Part shown: one piece after another, positions 28,350 through 37,724 of the stretch | Layout of the letters: every line of letters begins with the position of its first letter | Position numbering within the stretch: position 1 is the first letter of the stretch | IMG/VR virus record: IMGVR_UViG_2933088407_000001 | Coordinates: 24,120 to 88,119 of that record | Source: a virus | Taxonomy: Duplodnaviria; Caudoviricetes | Length of the DNA: 64,000 nucleotides | Strand: one strand, 5' to 3' | Program-made: the position numbers and the translations under genes | Notes under the pieces: generated by a model | The model's database searches: none | What the model was told of the DNA's origin: nothing | Seen by the model: the letters and a program-made list of their open reading frames with translations, nothing else

Positions 28350-29171
28350 TCACTCGTCGTCGTCCGCCTCACCCTCGTCGGTCGGTTCGGTGGCGCACTC
28401 CTCGCAGCCGACCGCTGGCTGCTCCTCGTGCTCGTGGCAGACGACAAGGATCTCGATCTTGTCGGTCTCGTCCTCTTTGGCGAGCTGCCCGAGTTCGTCC
28501 GCCGCCCAGTTCGCGACATCGGTGGCGCAGTCGCCGGAGTAGACGAAGCCGCCCGCGCCCTCGGACCACGCGCCGTAGGTGGTACCGGGCTCGCATGCCG
28601 GGATCGTGCCGAGCTCGATCGCCCGGCCGCCGCGCTTGTCCTCGATGCTGTGGGCGTTGCAGTTGGTCTGGCTGCTGCATGTCGCGCGGCGCTGACGGAT
28701 GGTCTCGCTTTGGCGGGCGGCCTCGGTTACCTCGTCTGCGCTGTTCTCCTGCGCCTTTTGGCCCTCGGCCTTGTCGATCGCCTTAAGGGTCTGCTCAAGC
28801 GCCGCCTCCAGTCGGCCAACCCAGTAGATCGGGTTCGTCTTCCAGCCATTGACCTTCAGTTCAGTCAGGGCGATGCGGGCGGCAGCGATGGCGGCGTCAC
28901 TCGACGGCACGTACTCATCAGAGTCAGTGCTGGTGATGGCGGGCTCGGTCACGGTGGTCTCCTGTGCGTCTTCGATGGTCTCTTCGGTGGTGCCGAAGTG
29001 GGCGTAGGGCTTGTTGCTGCCGGGGCATGGGGCGGCGGCCATGTCCTGGACGGAGTTCGGGCGGCCCCACTTGTCTTCGCGTGTCGCCGGGCGGTGCTTG
29101 CGCATGGTGCCGTCCTGGTTCACGGGGCCGTACCACATGCAGTAGTTGCAGCATTCGCGTTCGCGCTTCAT
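28350..29171 (-). CDS. Cys-rich multi-domain hypothetical protein (moron)
   Basis: GGAG RBS; N-terminal CxxC..H..CPGS, central YWVGRLE helix, C-terminal CxxH..CxxC. Confidence 0.7.
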   Translation of the reverse strand: MKRERECCNYCMWYGPVNQDGTMRKHRPATREDKWGRPNSVQDMAAAPCPGSNKPYAHFGTTEETIEDAQETTVTEPAITSTDSDEYVPSSDAAIAAARIALTELKVNGWKTNPIYWVGRLEAALEQTLKAIDKAEGQKAQENSADEVTEAARQSETIRQRRATCSSQTNCNAHSIEDKRGGRAIELGTIPACEPGTTYGAWSEGAGGFVYSGDCATDVANWAADELGQLAKEDETDKIEILVVCHEHEEQPAVGCEECATEPTDEGEADDDE

Positions 29172-29208
29172 CTCGGTCTCCCCTGCTCGCCACTCCCTTA
29201 TGCCCTTA

Positions 29209-29260
29209 AGGTTGGCCTAGCAACTTGGCATTGTCAAGTGGTTCGGCCTAGCAGCTTGGC
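29209..29260. promoter_or_regulatory. divergent promoter region with two operator-like repeats
   Basis: GGCCTAGCAACTTGGC (29214-29229) and GGCCTAGCAGCTTGGC (29245-29260). Minus-strand TTGACA-N17-CAACCT overlaps the first repeat. Confidence 0.6.
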
Positions 29261-29283
29261 CAAGTAGATGGCATGATGGCGGC

Positions 29284-29505
29284 ATGGATACCGCCAAGCT
29301 CGAACTCGCGGCGCAGCGCTACCGCGAAGCGGAAGCCGCACTCGATGCAGCCAGGGCAGACCTCCGCGCCGAAGCTGTCGCCGCGATGCGCCAGGACCCC
29401 AAGCGCGGCGACCAGGCAGAAGTTGTCCGCATCACCGGATGGACACGCGAGCAGATCCGGCTGCTCATGAAGGCCGCAGAACAGGGGACTTCAACGACGG
29501 CCTGA
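29284..29505 (+). CDS. small HTH DNA-binding protein (putative repressor of the moron)
   Basis: QAEVVRITGWTREQIRLL helix-turn-helix; CATGAT -10 lies 6 nt before the ATG. Confidence 0.75.
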   Translation: MDTAKLELAAQRYREAEAALDAARADLRAEAVAAMRQDPKRGDQAEVVRITGWTREQIRLLMKAAEQGTSTTA

Positions 29506-31056
29506 GAGTCGCCTGTCGGTGTACGCGAGCGTCCCGACTGCCGCCGCGGCGGGGTCTGCAAGCTCGGTGAGGGCGTGCACGGCCGCGTCCATCCGGTCCG
29601 GGGAGTCAAGGCCAGGGAGCCAGGTGACCATCTGCGTCTCCAGCTGTGGAAGCTCCCCCACGTGGTGGACGAGTCCCTGCTCGTATAGCTGGGCGATCGG
29701 CTCGGCGCGGAGGCGTTTGCCCTTCTTCGCGTTGACTTCGATGATCCGCGGCGCCGTGCGGCCCTTGGTGAGGTTCTCCCGCTGGAGCTGTTCCCAGCCT
29801 TGGACGACGGCTTGGCGAGCCATGTCGCCGCCGTAGTTGGTCTCCACGACGATGGCGTCGGCGTCGAGCTCGAGGGCGAGGAGGCAGGCTTCGCGGCCGC
29901 GGTCGTTGGGGCCGTGGCGTCCGGAGCGGTCGGCGAGGACGTAGTACTCCCCCGCGGCGTCACGGCCGGCTGCAACGATGCCGCTCTCGTCGTTGGTGGC
30001 GCTGTCGCCGCCGGCGGGGTCGAGGGCAACGACAACGCGAGTGAGGTCGACGCCGCGGAATGCCATGGGGCTGGTGCGGTGGTCGGTGATCCAGGCCCAT
30101 TGCCATACGCCGCCTTCGAGGGGGCGGGGCTGCTGTTGGTAGAGGGCCCACCAGACGCGTTCACCGACGGCGCGCTTGGTGCGGGCGAGCTCCTCGGCGT
30201 CGTACTGCTCGGGCCACAGGGCGTCGCCAGGTTGCCTGCCAAGGGGGTCGTCCTCGGAGAGGGCCAGTGCCGGCAGGTCGATGAGGGTCCAGTTTTCTGG
30301 CTCGGTGGCGAGGATCCGGCCGGAGAGGTCGTCCTCGTGCCAGCGTGTGTTGATCAAGACTATGGAGGCGCCGGGTGCGCGGCGGGTGTAGAAGACGGAC
30401 TGGTACCAGTCCCAGACGCGTCCTCGCTGGGCAGGGCTGTTCGCATCGTCGGAGCCCTTAAATGGATCATCGATAATGCCGAGCGAAAATCCCTTGCCAG
30501 TCAAGCTCCCCCCGACGCCGGCGGTGACCATGCCGCCGCGGATGCTGGAGCCGCGGGGGGCTGCGAGGTCGAAGCGGTTGGCAGCGCGGGAGGCATCGTC
30601 GAGGCGGACGCCGAGGGTGTCGGCGTGTTCGCGGAGCTGGTCGCGGACCCACCGGCCGTGGTCGTCGGCGAGATCTGCCCCGTAGGAGGCAAGCATGACG
30701 CGGGCGGTCGGGTTGCGCCGCAGATACCAGAGCGGTCCCCATCGCGACGCTCTTTGCGATTTTCCGTGTCGAGGAGGCATCGTCAGCATGACCTGCATCC
30801 GCTCGCCTGCGGCGATGCGCTGGAAGACGCCGTCGATCAGGTCGAGATGGCGGGCCTGCTTCTCCCGTCCCTCGGTGAGGACCGCGGCGAGAGCTCCTGG
30901 TGAGCGGTCCATAGCCATCTGCCGCTCTACCCAGGCGAGGCGGAGGCGTACCTCGGGCCCGGCTCGTTCGGCGATGCGGCGGCGGTCGGCGGTGGGCAGG
31001 GTGCGGTAGTGCTGGAGGAGGGCGTCCTCGAGGAGGTCATCCGTCGCTGTGGTCAC
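29491..31056 (-). CDS. terL: terminase large subunit
   Basis: Walker A MPPRHGKS, Walker B IIDDP, TRWHEDDL, ALYQQQP, nuclease motifs LDPAG and SPDRMDA. Confidence 0.95.
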   Translation of the reverse strand: MTTATDDLLEDALLQHYRTLPTADRRRIAERAGPEVRLRLAWVERQMAMDRSPGALAAVLTEGREKQARHLDLIDGVFQRIAAGERMQVMLTMPPRHGKSQRASRWGPLWYLRRNPTARVMLASYGADLADDHGRWVRDQLREHADTLGVRLDDASRAANRFDLAAPRGSSIRGGMVTAGVGGSLTGKGFSLGIIDDPFKGSDDANSPAQRGRVWDWYQSVFYTRRAPGASIVLINTRWHEDDLSGRILATEPENWTLIDLPALALSEDDPLGRQPGDALWPEQYDAEELARTKRAVGERVWWALYQQQPRPLEGGVWQWAWITDHRTSPMAFRGVDLTRVVVALDPAGGDSATNDESGIVAAGRDAAGEYYVLADRSGRHGPNDRGREACLLALELDADAIVVETNYGGDMARQAVVQGWEQLQRENLTKGRTAPRIIEVNAKKGKRLRAEPIAQLYEQGLVHHVGELPQLETQMVTWLPGLDSPDRMDAAVHALTELADPAAAAVGTLAYTDRRLSGRR

Positions 31057-31570
31057 CGTCAGCGTCCTGGTCTTCGGCGGCCGCGGGCGAGGCCTGGCCG
31101 GCTAGGCCGATGAGGGCGTTGAGTTCGGCGAGGGAGCCGTTGCCGAGGGGCACGGCGCCACCGTCGGGTCCGGACAGTTCGGTGCGGACGGGCGCGTCGA
31201 GGCCGTTGAGCTTGGCTCGGCGGTCCATGAGGCGCAGGACTGTGTCGACGGCGCGCATGTCGATCTCCTCGGCGACGACGTTGCCTTCCTTGTCGAACAC
31301 CGGGTGGGGCTTTGTGGCGCGGGGCCAGGCGGCCTCGAGGAGCGCGTCCAACCGCTCGTTCTCTTCTTGCCGGTAGACGGAGACCTCGGCGGCCTGTTCG
31401 TCGCGGGCCTGCTCCAGGGCGCGGATGAAGTCCTTGCGGGCGGCACCGGGGGTGGCGTACCCGAGGGTGGTGATGCGTTCGTCGTCGTACCGGACGCCTT
31501 GGCGGCGTAGGGCGACGAGGTGTTTGCGTCGGTCGGCGACCTCGGCTTGTTCGGCTTTGTTTCGGGGCAT
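31037..31570 (-). CDS. terS: terminase small subunit
   Basis: N-terminal HTH (LRRQGVRYDD..LGY) and MDRRAKLNGLDAPVRTELSGPDG; directly upstream of terL. Confidence 0.85.
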   Translation of the reverse strand: MPRNKAEQAEVADRRKHLVALRRQGVRYDDERITTLGYATPGAARKDFIRALEQARDEQAAEVSVYRQEENERLDALLEAAWPRATKPHPVFDKEGNVVAEEIDMRAVDTVLRLMDRRAKLNGLDAPVRTELSGPDGGAVPLGNGSLAELNALIGLAGQASPAAAEDQDADGDHSDG

Positions 31571-31603
31571 GGCGGTGGGGCTCCCGCTGTGTCGTTGTCG
31601 TGC

Positions 31604-31656
31604 TCAGGCCCCGCGCCTGTCTTGATGATCCCGCGGTTTTGGTTGAACCTTCCCCC
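31604..31656 (-). promoter_or_regulatory. putative late promoter with 5' hairpin (terminase)
   Basis: GGGGGAAGGTT-N15-GATCAT-N5-CAGGCGCGGGGCCTGA. Confidence 0.55.
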
Positions 31657-31685
31657 TTGTCCGCTGGTGGTGGGATCCTCCGGGC

Positions 31686-32117
31686 ATGAGACGTAGTGGT
31701 GGTGTGGGGGCCGCGGTACTGGTCGCGACGGCATTGGTGCTGGTGTCGGGGTGTTCGGACAGCGGCGATGGCGGGGGCGGCGGGAGGGCGTCGGCTTCGC
31801 CGTCGGTCCGGTCGTCGGCGCCGGCCCTGACGGTGGAGGAGGCGCTGGAGCGGTACGGCGAGGTGACGTCCTCGGGCTGTACGGATGCGGCGGCCTGCCA
31901 GAAGTTCATGGCGGCAAAGCTCGCGGCGGCGGAGGAGTTGCGGGTGGCGATGGTCGCGGAGAGCCCTACGCGGTATGCCGAGCCGATCGGTTCGTTGGAG
32001 GAGGCGGCCCGGCGGGCGGATCACTACGGTCGGGACAACCTGGGGGCGAAGGGCAACAGCTTCGCGGTGTCGCAGCCGATCCAGGAGGCGATCGCCTGGT
32101 TGCGGGGGAACCGCTGA
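31686..32117 (+). CDS. lipoprotein
   Basis: Signal peptide with lipobox LVSG-C, followed by an S/G-rich linker. Confidence 0.75.
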   Translation: MRRSGGVGAAVLVATALVLVSGCSDSGDGGGGGRASASPSVRSSAPALTVEEALERYGEVTSSGCTDAAACQKFMAAKLAAAEELRVAMVAESPTRYAEPIGSLEEAARRADHYGRDNLGAKGNSFAVSQPIQEAIAWLRGNR

Positions 32118-32362
32118 CGTGAAGGGGCCCCGCGCCACGGGGGATGTGGGCGGGGCCGGCCCGGGGGGGTGCGTTGCCTGCCGGGCGGTGCGCCTGGTCT
32201 GGGGGATGACGGGCGCACGATTGGGGGTGCACGGCCCAGTGGTTCCTCGGCGCGGGGACACTAAGGAGTCCCGGGCCGTGCACTGATGATGCTGCTGCAC
32301 ATCTGGGGGTTTGTCCGACGTGTATTGCCCCGGTGCTCCTGGCGGCGACCCGGCGGGTGTGG

Positions 32363-32836
32363 TCAGAACGCGTCTTGCAGGTCGAAGGGCCGGTTGCCCT
32401 TGCCTTGGCCGGGGCGGGCGGTGTGGATGAAGGGGAGGAAGCCGCGGGCGCCGTCGTGGAATTCGAGGCCGACGCCGGGGTGGGCGGTGGGGGTGTCGCC
32501 GGCGGAATAAGGGTAGGTCCGCTTGATCTCTGCGTTGCCGGAGTTGTTGAGGATGGCTGCGATGTACGCCTCGGCGGAGGTTGGTGTGACCTTTCCGTTC
32601 TGGAGGAGGTCGGGAACGGGGATCTCGGCGGGAGGTGCCTCGGTGACTGGCTTCTCGGAGTATCCGCCGGGCGGGGAGGCGCCCACGACGCCGCACCACA
32701 TTTCGGCTCCGGTGGCGAAGGTGGCCTGGACGCCGAAGGGCCGGGTGGTGCCTTCCTGCCACACCTCTGTTCGCTGGACCTCGGGGGCGTTTCCGAGGGT
32801 TGTAGCGACGAATTCCATGAGGCGTTGCGGGTGCAT
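32363..32836 (-). CDS. hypothetical protein (two-fold internal repeat)
   Basis: GAAGGA RBS; repeated RT....PxGV...F..GA units. Confidence 0.7.
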   Translation of the reverse strand: MHPQRLMEFVATTLGNAPEVQRTEVWQEGTTRPFGVQATFATGAEMWCGVVGASPPGGYSEKPVTEAPPAEIPVPDLLQNGKVTPTSAEAYIAAILNNSGNAEIKRTYPYSAGDTPTAHPGVGLEFHDGARGFLPFIHTARPGQGKGNRPFDLQDAF

Positions 32837-33058
32837 GTGCGGCAGTCCTTCCGGTGGGGAGCGAGTCAGTTTACGAGGCGGGGCGGTTGATCACTTCGTG
32901 GTCAGGGGTGAGGTGCGCGGCGCGCAGGGCTCGCTGGAGGGGGCTGAGGGGGTCGTGCACGAGGTGTGCGATGACGAGCCGCCCATCGTCGGTGCGGGCG
33001 GCGTATACGTCGGTGGTGCGGTCCGGTTCGGGGGCCGGGGTGGTGCGGGGCACGTGGG

Positions 33059-35329
33059 CTACTCCCCCGTGGCTGTTTCGTCCGGGGCGGGGCCGAGGCC
33101 GTACATGCCGCGGATGGGCTTGCCGTCCTGGGTCTGCCCGTGGATCTTTCCGGCTTTCTTGAGGCGGGTCAGAGCGTTGTCGAAAGTCTGTCCGGATGCG
33201 CCGGCCAGCTTGGCGATCTCGTCCTTGTGCTTGTAGATGACGTCGATGCCCAGCGGGTCAGCGGTGTCTTCGAGGGCTTGGAGGATCTTCTCATCGGTGC
33301 TGGCCGGCTTCTTGGGGGCTTCGAATCCACCGAAGAAAGGGCTGGGAGAGTCGCTGAAGTCTCCGTCTGCGCCGTCCTCGCCGAGGATGGACGTGGCGGC
33401 GATCTCGTGGCGGTTCTCCCAGTCGGGCCAGTCCACCGGGTAGGCGACGGCGTTCGGGTCGATGTAGGGGGCTGCGGATTCGAGGATGAAGGTGCGCATC
33501 ATTTCGGCGGCGCCGCCGGGGCCGAGGGTGTAGCCGAGGCCGAAGGTGGAGCGGGGGTCTTGGAGGGCGACGTTCTCGTCGTAGATGAGGGGGCGGTCGA
33601 CGTCCCAGGCAGCGGGGATCTGGCCGGGGTCGACGCCTTCGAAGCCGGTGGTGGCGAGGTGCTGCTGGTCGGAGTCGGTGCGGAGCATGACGAGGCTGCC
33701 GCCTTGGATGACGTTGGTGCGCAGGGCGGTGGAGCCGCCGAGCTTGTCGGCGTTGACGGCCTGGTTGACGACGCAGAGGCAGATGCCGAGGGAGCGGGCC
33801 TTTGCGGCGAGGGCTTCCAGGATGATGCGGGCTTCCTTTTTGTGGTGGTCGAGCTCGGAGAGGGGGACGTGGGCCTCGTCGAGGATGAAGCGGACCCAGG
33901 GCCGTTCGGGAGTGGCCTGGAAGTTCTTCATCTTCAGGCGGGCGGATTCTTCGATGCGCCACTGCATGAGGGCGTAGGCGACGCGGAGGGCGCCCATCGA
34001 GCCGTCTTCGCCGAGGCCGGAGTAGGCGGCCATGGTTTCGACGTCGGGGTTGGAGGAGCCCTTGGGGTCGGCGTAGATGATGGCGTGGCCGTTGACGTGG
34101 TCGCCGAGGGCGATGATCTGGACGAGGCCGCCCTTGCCGGAGCCGGTGACGCCGGCGACGAAGACGTGCTTGGCGCCGCTGACGGGGTCGGTGAACTGGA
34201 TGCGGGCGGGGAAGCCGGAGACGTGGCGGCCGATCTGGACGTAGCCGCCTTCGGAGATTTTCAGGACGTCGGTGCCGGGGAACGGGGTGCCGTCCTCCAG
34301 GGGGTTGTGTTGCATCAGTCGGATCTCTCCGCGGCGGGGGTTGCCGGGGGTGGGTGAGTAGGAGCACAGGAGGGTGGTGGTGCGGAGGGCTCCGGCGAGG
34401 TCGTCTTGGCTGGGGGTGACGAGGCGGGCGGTGTCTTCGTTGGCGACGACGACGGCGACTTCGCCGCCGGTGTGGGGGTCGGTCTGGACTTCTTCGAGGT
34501 GGGAGCCCTTCATCACGGAGGGGGCGACGTACTTCTTCCAGGCGCCGGCGAGGGTTGAGGGGTCGAGCTCGGCGGGCGGGGTGAGGTTGACAGTGATGTG
34601 CTTCTCCCCGACGTGGGCGCCGGGCTTGAAGGTGATCCAGGCGGCGTCCTTGCGGTAGACGGAGGAAACGTTCTCCGCGGTGACGGTGACGGATTCTCCG
34701 ATGGGGGCGGTGATGGTGCCGGTCCAGCGGGTGGGGCCGAGAGTGCGGAGGGTGAGTTCCTGGCCCTTGTGGGTGCCGTCCTGGGGGTGGGAGATGTGCT
34801 GGGCCCACTGCTTGAGGATGTCGTCAGCGTCGGTCGGTGCGAGCGCGGTCGCCAGCTCCGCGGCCGCGGTCTCGGACACGACGGCCTTTCGCGCCTTGCG
34901 GCCAAGGACGTTGCGGAGCTTCCACGGGACGAGGCCGACGGCAGCCCACCAGCCGAGGGAGACCATGCCGGGGATGGAGGGCTGGTCGAGGGCGCCGGCC
35001 ATAAGGGCGTCGGCGCCCTCGGGGCCCATGAGGGTGCCCATGCCGAGGGCCATGCCGGTGGTGAGGGTGCTGATGAACATCGGGGATCGGTGGGCCTGCA
35101 TGATGTCCGCGGCGGGGACGTTGGCGGCCAGGCCGCGCGGGAGGCGGTTCATATAGTTGGCGGCCATGAAGCCTGCGGCGCCTCCGTAGGCGACGGCTGC
35201 GGTGAACGCGGCGCCGCCGTCGAGGAACGGGGCCAGGACGCCGACGGCGACGGGTGCGGCGGTCGTGGCGAAGGCGACGGCGCGTTCGGTGGATGTCGCG
35301 CGGGGGGTGGTGGCGGCGGGCGTGGTCAC
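33059..35329 (-). CDS. traB: FtsK/SpoIIIE-like conjugative DNA translocase TraB
   Basis: N-terminal TM segments, Walker A AGVTGSGKG, Walker B FILDEAH, KARSLGI, C-terminal winged helix (KDEIAKLAG...ALTRLKKAGKI...YGL). Confidence 0.85.
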   Translation of the reverse strand: MTTPAATTPRATSTERAVAFATTAAPVAVGVLAPFLDGGAAFTAAVAYGGAAGFMAANYMNRLPRGLAANVPAADIMQAHRSPMFISTLTTGMALGMGTLMGPEGADALMAGALDQPSIPGMVSLGWWAAVGLVPWKLRNVLGRKARKAVVSETAAAELATALAPTDADDILKQWAQHISHPQDGTHKGQELTLRTLGPTRWTGTITAPIGESVTVTAENVSSVYRKDAAWITFKPGAHVGEKHITVNLTPPAELDPSTLAGAWKKYVAPSVMKGSHLEEVQTDPHTGGEVAVVVANEDTARLVTPSQDDLAGALRTTTLLCSYSPTPGNPRRGEIRLMQHNPLEDGTPFPGTDVLKISEGGYVQIGRHVSGFPARIQFTDPVSGAKHVFVAGVTGSGKGGLVQIIALGDHVNGHAIIYADPKGSSNPDVETMAAYSGLGEDGSMGALRVAYALMQWRIEESARLKMKNFQATPERPWVRFILDEAHVPLSELDHHKKEARIILEALAAKARSLGICLCVVNQAVNADKLGGSTALRTNVIQGGSLVMLRTDSDQQHLATTGFEGVDPGQIPAAWDVDRPLIYDENVALQDPRSTFGLGYTLGPGGAAEMMRTFILESAAPYIDPNAVAYPVDWPDWENRHEIAATSILGEDGADGDFSDSPSPFFGGFEAPKKPASTDEKILQALEDTADPLGIDVIYKHKDEIAKLAGASGQTFDNALTRLKKAGKIHGQTQDGKPIRGMYGLGPAPDETATGE

Positions 35330-35372
35330 GGGGATACTCCTGGGTGCGGGTTGTAGTGATCCGAGAGGTAGA

Positions 35373-35404
35373 GGGCGGGACCGGGGTGCCTCCCGGTCCC
35401 GCCC
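35373..35404. terminator. 13-bp perfect hairpin upstream of traB
   Basis: GGGCGGGACCGGG-6 nt-CCCGGTCCCGCCC. Confidence 0.55.
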
Positions 35405-35417
35405 GTCGGGTTTGCAG

Positions 35418-35795
35418 CTAGTCCTGGCGGAGCCAATTCCGGTCGAGGTGGCTCATGTCGAACGCGGCTCGGGAGAATGCCTCCTGAATACCGCCGTGGG
35501 TGGTGTTGGCCTGGATGGCGGCGGCGGCCGCGGATTTGGCGGTGTTGTCGCCGGCGGAGGCGTAGGCGATGGCCGCTTCGGAGACGCCGTTCATGAGGCG
35601 CGACAGGTCGCGGGTCTCGCCGACGGTGGCGGTGTCGACGCCCATCCCGGCGATCATCTCTGCGATGCGGGCGGTGTCCTTGGCTTCCTCGTCGATCTGC
35701 TGGGCTCTGCCGCGGATAGCGTCTGAGGCCCGGCTGACCTCCTTGGCGAGGCCTTCGACGGCGGCCTTGAGCTGCTTGTAGGTGATGTCAGCCAT
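35418..35795 (-). CDS. small helical plasmid-transfer-region protein
   Basis: Ala-rich coiled coil with MGVDTATVGE and HGGIQEA; adjacent to traB. Confidence 0.7.
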   Translation of the reverse strand: MADITYKQLKAAVEGLAKEVSRASDAIRGRAQQIDEEAKDTARIAEMIAGMGVDTATVGETRDLSRLMNGVSEAAIAYASAGDNTAKSAAAAAIQANTTHGGIQEAFSRAAFDMSHLDRNWLRQD

Positions 35796-37695
35796 GGGTG
35801 GTGGCTCCGTCCTTGTAGAAGTCCATTTCTCCGGGTACTTCCTCGTCGGAGTCGACGACGGCCTTGTACATGGCGCCGTATCGGGTCTGAGCGTTGGCGA
35901 GGACTGCGGCGCAGCCGTCGGCGGCGCGGACGGCCCGCTTGTGGGTCTCCTCGGCCAGGTCGGCCTGGACCTTCGCGTCGTCCGCGGTCTTGACCAGGGA
36001 GGCGATCAGCTTTTCCCCGCCTTTGACTGACTTGGTGGCCTCCATGAGCGCGGTGGCCTTCTGGGACTGCGCCTCCGCGTGGGCTTTCAGCAGCTTTGTT
36101 CCTTCCGCGGCCTTCTTCATGGACGTCACTTTCGTCTCCAGGCGGCGTTCGAAGTGTTTGAGGGACCGGACCTCGCCGCGGCTGAGGGAGTTCCGGTCGG
36201 CGCCTTCGCCCAGCCAGACGGTGTCGGCGTCGATGCCTTTCACTTCGATGGGCTGGGGTTTGTGGTGGTCGGCGCTGCTGCCGGCTCCGCTCACGTCTTG
36301 CTCCTTTTCTCGGGCTGCGTCCTGGGCCTTGTTGCGTTCCTGGTGTGCCTTGTCGAGGTGGGCTTTCTGCCGTTCGGCGGCTTCTGTGGTGTCGGTCCAG
36401 CCGTCTTTGGCGCCGTCGCGGTAGGCCTTGGCGTGGGCGACGATCTTGGCTGCTCGGGTGCCGTCGCGGTATCCGGTCTCGCGGGATTCCTTGGTCGAGA
36501 AGGGCTTGCCGTCGGTCTTCTTGCCGGGCGTGGTCGCGGCCTGGGGCTTGGCGTCCTTGCTGGCGTTGCCGTCGTCGTCGGTTTTGGCCTTGTCCTTGGT
36601 GGTCTTGTCTGGCTTGGTGGTGGTGTCCGGCCGGGCCGGGGCGGGGTTTCCGGGCTTCGCCCCGGCGTTCTTGCGGAGGTCGACCTTTCCGGCCTTGCTG
36701 TTCTTGGTGCTGGCCTTGTCGGTGCCGGTCTTGTCGCGGCTGGCCTTCGGGCTGGGGGTCTTGCTGTCCTTGCCGGCGTCGGCGGGACCAGTGCCCTTGG
36801 TGCTACCGCCGTTGGTGGTGGTGCCGCTCTTGCCGGTGGCGCCTGCCGGTCCGGTGGCGCCGTTCTTGCCGCCGCTGGCTCCTGCGTCGCGACCGCCGTG
36901 GCTGCGGTCCTTGCCCTTGACCCTGTCCTTGGTCAGGTCGGTCTTCGAGGGCTTCGGGCCGTGCCCCTCCTTGCCCCCGTCCGTTTTGGGGCCCTTCGGC
37001 GTGGCGCCACCTCCGCGGCTGGCACTGCCGTTGCCCCCAGCGGCCCCACTGCCAGCGGGACCGCGGCCGCCCCCCGACCTGCCGCCGACGCCGGCGTCAC
37101 CACCGGACCGGCCTCCCGACCCCTTGTGAGCGTTCCCGTTGGAATGGCCTTCGCTCTTCGCCGGGCCCTTGGCGGGGCCTTTCCCGGACGTACCTGAACT
37201 TCCCTTTCCGCCACCAGAAGACCCCTTTCCGCCGCCCGAGTTCCCATTGGCAGCCGAACCCGCAGAGCCCTTTCCGGGAAGCAGGCCGCCGGAGCGGTTC
37301 ACGGAAATCTGCCGCGCCTCTTTCACTTGATGCGCTGCAACTTTTGCTTTCAGCATGTCGAGGCGCTTGTTGTGCGCGCCTCCGCCCTTTGCCCAGCGGG
37401 CTGCGCCGGCGAGGAGCCAGGCTCGCCAAATGCCTTTCTTGTCGGCGGTTGTGCTGCTCTTTGGGCCGGTGCTGTTCGCTTCGTCGCTGCCGTGGTAGAC
37501 GGCGCTGGAGGCGCCCGTGACGGGGGCGTCGGTGGCGCCTTCCCCGGTGGTGGGGGTGAGGTCGAACGTGGTCGGGCGGGCGGGTTCAACGGGGGCGAGC
37601 ATGGATGCGAGCAGCCCGGAGGGGGCGGCGCTGGGGCTGGTGTTGGCCGGGTCGTTCGGGTCGGGAACGGCCGCGGGGACGGTGGCGGTTGCCAT
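35788..37695 (-). CDS. low-complexity (G/K/S/T-rich) transfer-region protein with helical C-terminus
   Basis: GAGGAG RBS, long disordered middle, C-terminal coiled coil ending RYGAMYKAVVDS..FY. Confidence 0.7.
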   Translation of the reverse strand: MATATVPAAVPDPNDPANTSPSAAPSGLLASMLAPVEPARPTTFDLTPTTGEGATDAPVTGASSAVYHGSDEANSTGPKSSTTADKKGIWRAWLLAGAARWAKGGGAHNKRLDMLKAKVAAHQVKEARQISVNRSGGLLPGKGSAGSAANGNSGGGKGSSGGGKGSSGTSGKGPAKGPAKSEGHSNGNAHKGSGGRSGGDAGVGGRSGGGRGPAGSGAAGGNGSASRGGGATPKGPKTDGGKEGHGPKPSKTDLTKDRVKGKDRSHGGRDAGASGGKNGATGPAGATGKSGTTTNGGSTKGTGPADAGKDSKTPSPKASRDKTGTDKASTKNSKAGKVDLRKNAGAKPGNPAPARPDTTTKPDKTTKDKAKTDDDGNASKDAKPQAATTPGKKTDGKPFSTKESRETGYRDGTRAAKIVAHAKAYRDGAKDGWTDTTEAAERQKAHLDKAHQERNKAQDAAREKEQDVSGAGSSADHHKPQPIEVKGIDADTVWLGEGADRNSLSRGEVRSLKHFERRLETKVTSMKKAAEGTKLLKAHAEAQSQKATALMEATKSVKGGEKLIASLVKTADDAKVQADLAEETHKRAVRAADGCAAVLANAQTRYGAMYKAVVDSDEEVPGEMDFYKDGATTHG

Positions 37696-37724
37696 CACAC
37701 TCCTCACTCTCGGTAGCTGACTTG

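Noticed and set aside
32120-32360. Search for a classical TraB clt locus (8-bp direct repeats) downstream of traB
   Set aside because: No convincing run of 8-bp direct repeats was visible by eye.
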